From assembly GCA_038087875.1 (NCBI GenBank), contig JAXLNO010002938.1, forward strand, positions 620,001 through 684,000: 64,000 nucleotides of DNA, in the 5' to 3' direction. A program made the translations under genes and the position numbers. Under the pieces are notes generated by a model, which searched no databases, had not been told where the DNA came from, and was given only the letters and a program-made list of their open reading frames with translations. Positions 61,524 through 64,000 of the stretch are shown one piece after another (the stretch's first letter is position 1; every line of letters starts with the position of its first letter). This DNA comes from Malacoraja senta (lineage: Eukaryota).

Positions 61524-63277
61524 GTGAGAGGGCAACGCTGGATCTAGTATTGGGAATTTGGGAAGGACAAGTTAATGAAGTGTGTGTGTGTGGAGGAGCC
61601 TTTTGGGACAAGTGATCACAGTTCGATTAGGTTTAAGATAGTTATGGATCGGAGACGGAGAGGGTCCACGTGTTAAAATGCTCAACTGGAGTAAGGTCAA
61701 CTTTGAGGATATGAGAGAAGGTCTCGCTCAAGTTGACTGGAGCAGGTTATTTGAGGGGAAAGGTACATCGGCTAAGTGGGATATTTTTAGAAGAGTGCTT
61801 AAGAGAGTTCAGGATGTGTACGTCCCCGTTAGCGTGAAAGGCAAAGCAGGCAAACATAATGCAGCGTGGGTCAAAAGGAAGGAAGCTTGACGTTAGTCAA
61901 AAACAAGAAGGATGCACGTGACAGGTATAGGCAGCTGGGACAAGTGCATTCCTGGAGCCGTTTCTGGAACTAAGGAGCAAACAAAAAAGGTGATCAGAAG
62001 GGCAAAAGGGGGCCAGTGGGTAGCATAAAAGACAATGCCAAAAGATGTTATAAGTACATTAGGGGGGGGGGTGGTAACGAGAGGGAGAGTGGGACCATTC
62101 AGGGATAACAGCGGTCACCCCTGTGTGGAGACACAGGAGATGGAAAAGGTCCTCAATTAGTGTTTCTCTTCTGTATTTACCGAGGGGAAAAACAGTAGGA
62201 CGAAGGAAATTATAGCAGTCACTGGAAGTGTCATGAGAGCAGTCAGGGTCACAATCGAACATGTACTGAAGGTACGGTCGTGTTTTAAGGTAGACAAATC
62301 TCCGGGGCCTGATCGGATATACCCGAGAACATTGCGGGAAACTAGAGAGGAAATTGCGGGAGCCCTGGTTGAAATGTATACGTCGTCTTTAAATATAGGA
62401 GAGCTGCCAGAGGATTGGAGGATGGCAAATGTTGTGCCTCTTTTCAAGAAGGGCTGCAGGGGAAATGCTGGGAACTATAGGGTGGTGAGCTTAACATCTG
62501 TCGTTGGTAAGTTACTGAAGAGTATTCTGAGGGATAGGATATACAGGGATTTGGATGGGAAAGGGCTGATTTGGGACAGTCAGCGTGGTTTTGTACGTGG
62601 TAGGTCGTGTCTCACAAATCTGATTGATATTTTTAAAGACGTGAGCAAAAACGTTGATGAAGGCAGAGCTGTGGACTTTAGTAAGGCGTTCAACAAGGTT
62701 CCACAAGGTTCCACAAGGTAAACCTAAGGTTCCACTAACTCTGGAAGGTTAGATCTCATGGGGTCCAAGAAGACATAGTTGAATGTATAGCAAATTGGTT
62801 CCGTGGAAGGAAGCAGAGGGTGGTGGTGGGAGGTTGCTTCTCTGATTGGAGGTCTGTGACAAGTGGCGTGCCACACGGTTCGGTGCTGGGCCCTTTACTG
62901 TTTATCATCTACATCAATGATTTGAATGCGAACATACAGGGCAAGATGAGCAAGTTTGCTGATGATACAAAAGTTAGTGGTTTTGCAGATAGTGAAGATG
63001 TTTGTGAACGATTGCAGCACAATCTGAATCGATTCATCAGGTGTGCGGATGAATGGTTGATGGAATTTAATACAGAGACGTGTGAGGTGTTGCATTTTGA
63101 TACATCGTACAAGGGCAATAACTACACAGTAAATAATAGGCCTCTGGGTTGCGTTGCATAACAGAGGGGTCTAGGAGTACAGGTAGCATGGTTCCTTGCA
63201 GGTCGAGTCGCAAAGAGATAATGTGGTCAAAAAGGCTTTTGGCACTTTGATCTTCAACAGTCAGAGTATGTAGTATA
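61000..63277 (+). mobile_element. Degenerate CR1-family LINE (endonuclease + RT), interrupted by the inverted duplication and by a Gypsy LTR
   Basis: VYYRPP, VGDFNVP, LDLVLG, SDHSSIRF, DKSPGPD, NYRVVSLTS, GVPHGSVLGP and KFADD motifs. Confidence 0.88.
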
Positions 63278-63481
63278 TGTAGATGAGATATGCATGTGCC
63301 TTTAACATAGTGACCTCATACCTACTAACCACTCCCCATATCACAAGTATATCTACAACCTCCCCACCCACAGATCGCTCTCTAGTTCCTGTGACAGACC
63401 ACGTACAGCTAGTGCTATGTGTAATGCTCCAGTATGAATAAAGATAGTAAAGTAACGACGCCTCGTTATGGATCCTTTACA
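63278..63481 (+). repeat. 5' LTR (204 bp) of a second Gypsy element of the same family
   Basis: TGTAGATG...TTTACA, same length as and clearly homologous to the 12942/17477 LTRs; followed by PBS TGGTGTCA. Confidence 0.93.
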
Positions 63482-63579
63482 TGGTGTCAAATAACTTACC
63501 TTGCGCCTCCTGTTTATCGGTTTATCATTTAATTTTGTCCCAGTTTTTTTTGTTTCCTCCGCCCTCCTGTTTCTTTGTC

Positions 63580-64000
63580 ATGGCCTCTTCTGCCCGTAAG
63601 CCCGATGTGCTCGTTTTTTATTTAGACATCGCCCTTCGATGGGACACATTCAAACGTGACTTTGAACACTATTTCACGATTGCTCATCCTGACGCCACCC
63701 CCGCTCTCAAAGCCTCCCTGCTTCTCAACTTGGCTGGTCCCGATGCACTGACTCGCTCCGACTTCTTCGTCTACGCTGCGGGGGAATCAGCTCGGGACCC
63801 GGTATGTCTGTTGGCTAAGTTTGACGCTATTTGTGACATTCCGACTAATTGCATCTTAGAACGTTTTAAACTGTTCGCGCAGCGTCAGCTCCCTGGGGAA
63901 TCTGCTGAGAACTATGTCATTGCGCTGCGGCACCTCGGTAGGCGCTGCCGCCTCCGAACGTGGAGCCCCGATGAGATTATCAGGGACCTACTGGTTTACG
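63580..64000 (+). CDS. Gypsy gag N-terminus (open to the window end)
   Basis: Encodes MASSARKPDVLVFYLDIALRWDTFKRDFEHYFTIAHPDATPALKASLLLNLAGPDAL...ERFKLFAQRQLPGESAENYVIALRHLGRRC; no stop before 64000. Confidence 0.9.
   Translation, partial: MASSARKPDVLVFYLDIALRWDTFKRDFEHYFTIAHPDATPALKASLLLNLAGPDALTRSDFFVYAAGESARDPVCLLAKFDAICDIPTNCILERFKLFAQRQLPGESAENYVIALRHLGRRCRLRTWSPDEIIRDLLVY

Noticed and set aside
34715-64000. Search for linked antigen-processing genes (TAP, PSMB8/9, TAPBP) or class I alpha3 exons
   Set aside because: No ABC-transporter, proteasome-beta or Ig-C1 motifs in any ORF or exon-sized frame I examined.

Overview
Eukaryotic, repeat-rich vertebrate DNA, most likely from a cartilaginous fish (skate/ray/shark). 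This is inferred from CR1 tails of the (CTATGTTT)n type, a tRNA-headed HE1-like SINE, Penelope-type tails and the class I protein sequence. The only host gene I can support is an MHC class I heavy-chain locus on the minus strand. Gene B has a leader exon (30034-30097), alpha1 (24870-25130) and alpha2 (24495-24767) that splice in frame. A second leader exon and promoter (gene A, 7564-7630) lies in a diverged duplicate of the same region (copy A ~3769-23500, copy B ~25613-33750). Both promoters carry a complete S-X1/X2-Y module with mammalian-like spacing plus an ISRE. In copy A a 932-bp VNTR-containing retroelement with a 19-bp target-site duplication separates the ISRE from the SXY module, and the upstream kB-like site is mutated. 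No alpha3/TM/cytoplasmic exons are visible. Two 200-N gaps lie where the missing exons would be expected, so copies A and B may be paralogues or uncollapsed alleles. The rest is transposable elements and satellites: a full-length Ty3/Gypsy element with both LTRs and the start of a second copy, an L1, several CR1s, two Rex1/Babar-type LINEs, Penelope-like fragments with hammerhead-like cores, SINEs, and a recent templated inverted duplication near 61 kb. I found no prokaryotic systems, CRISPR arrays, rRNA or true tRNA genes. I see no evidence of a wholly new system; the best leads are regulatory divergence between the two class I promoters and an unclassified hairpin-bearing non-autonomous retroelement family. 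All analysis was by eye, and TE boundaries are approximate unless a TSD is quoted.
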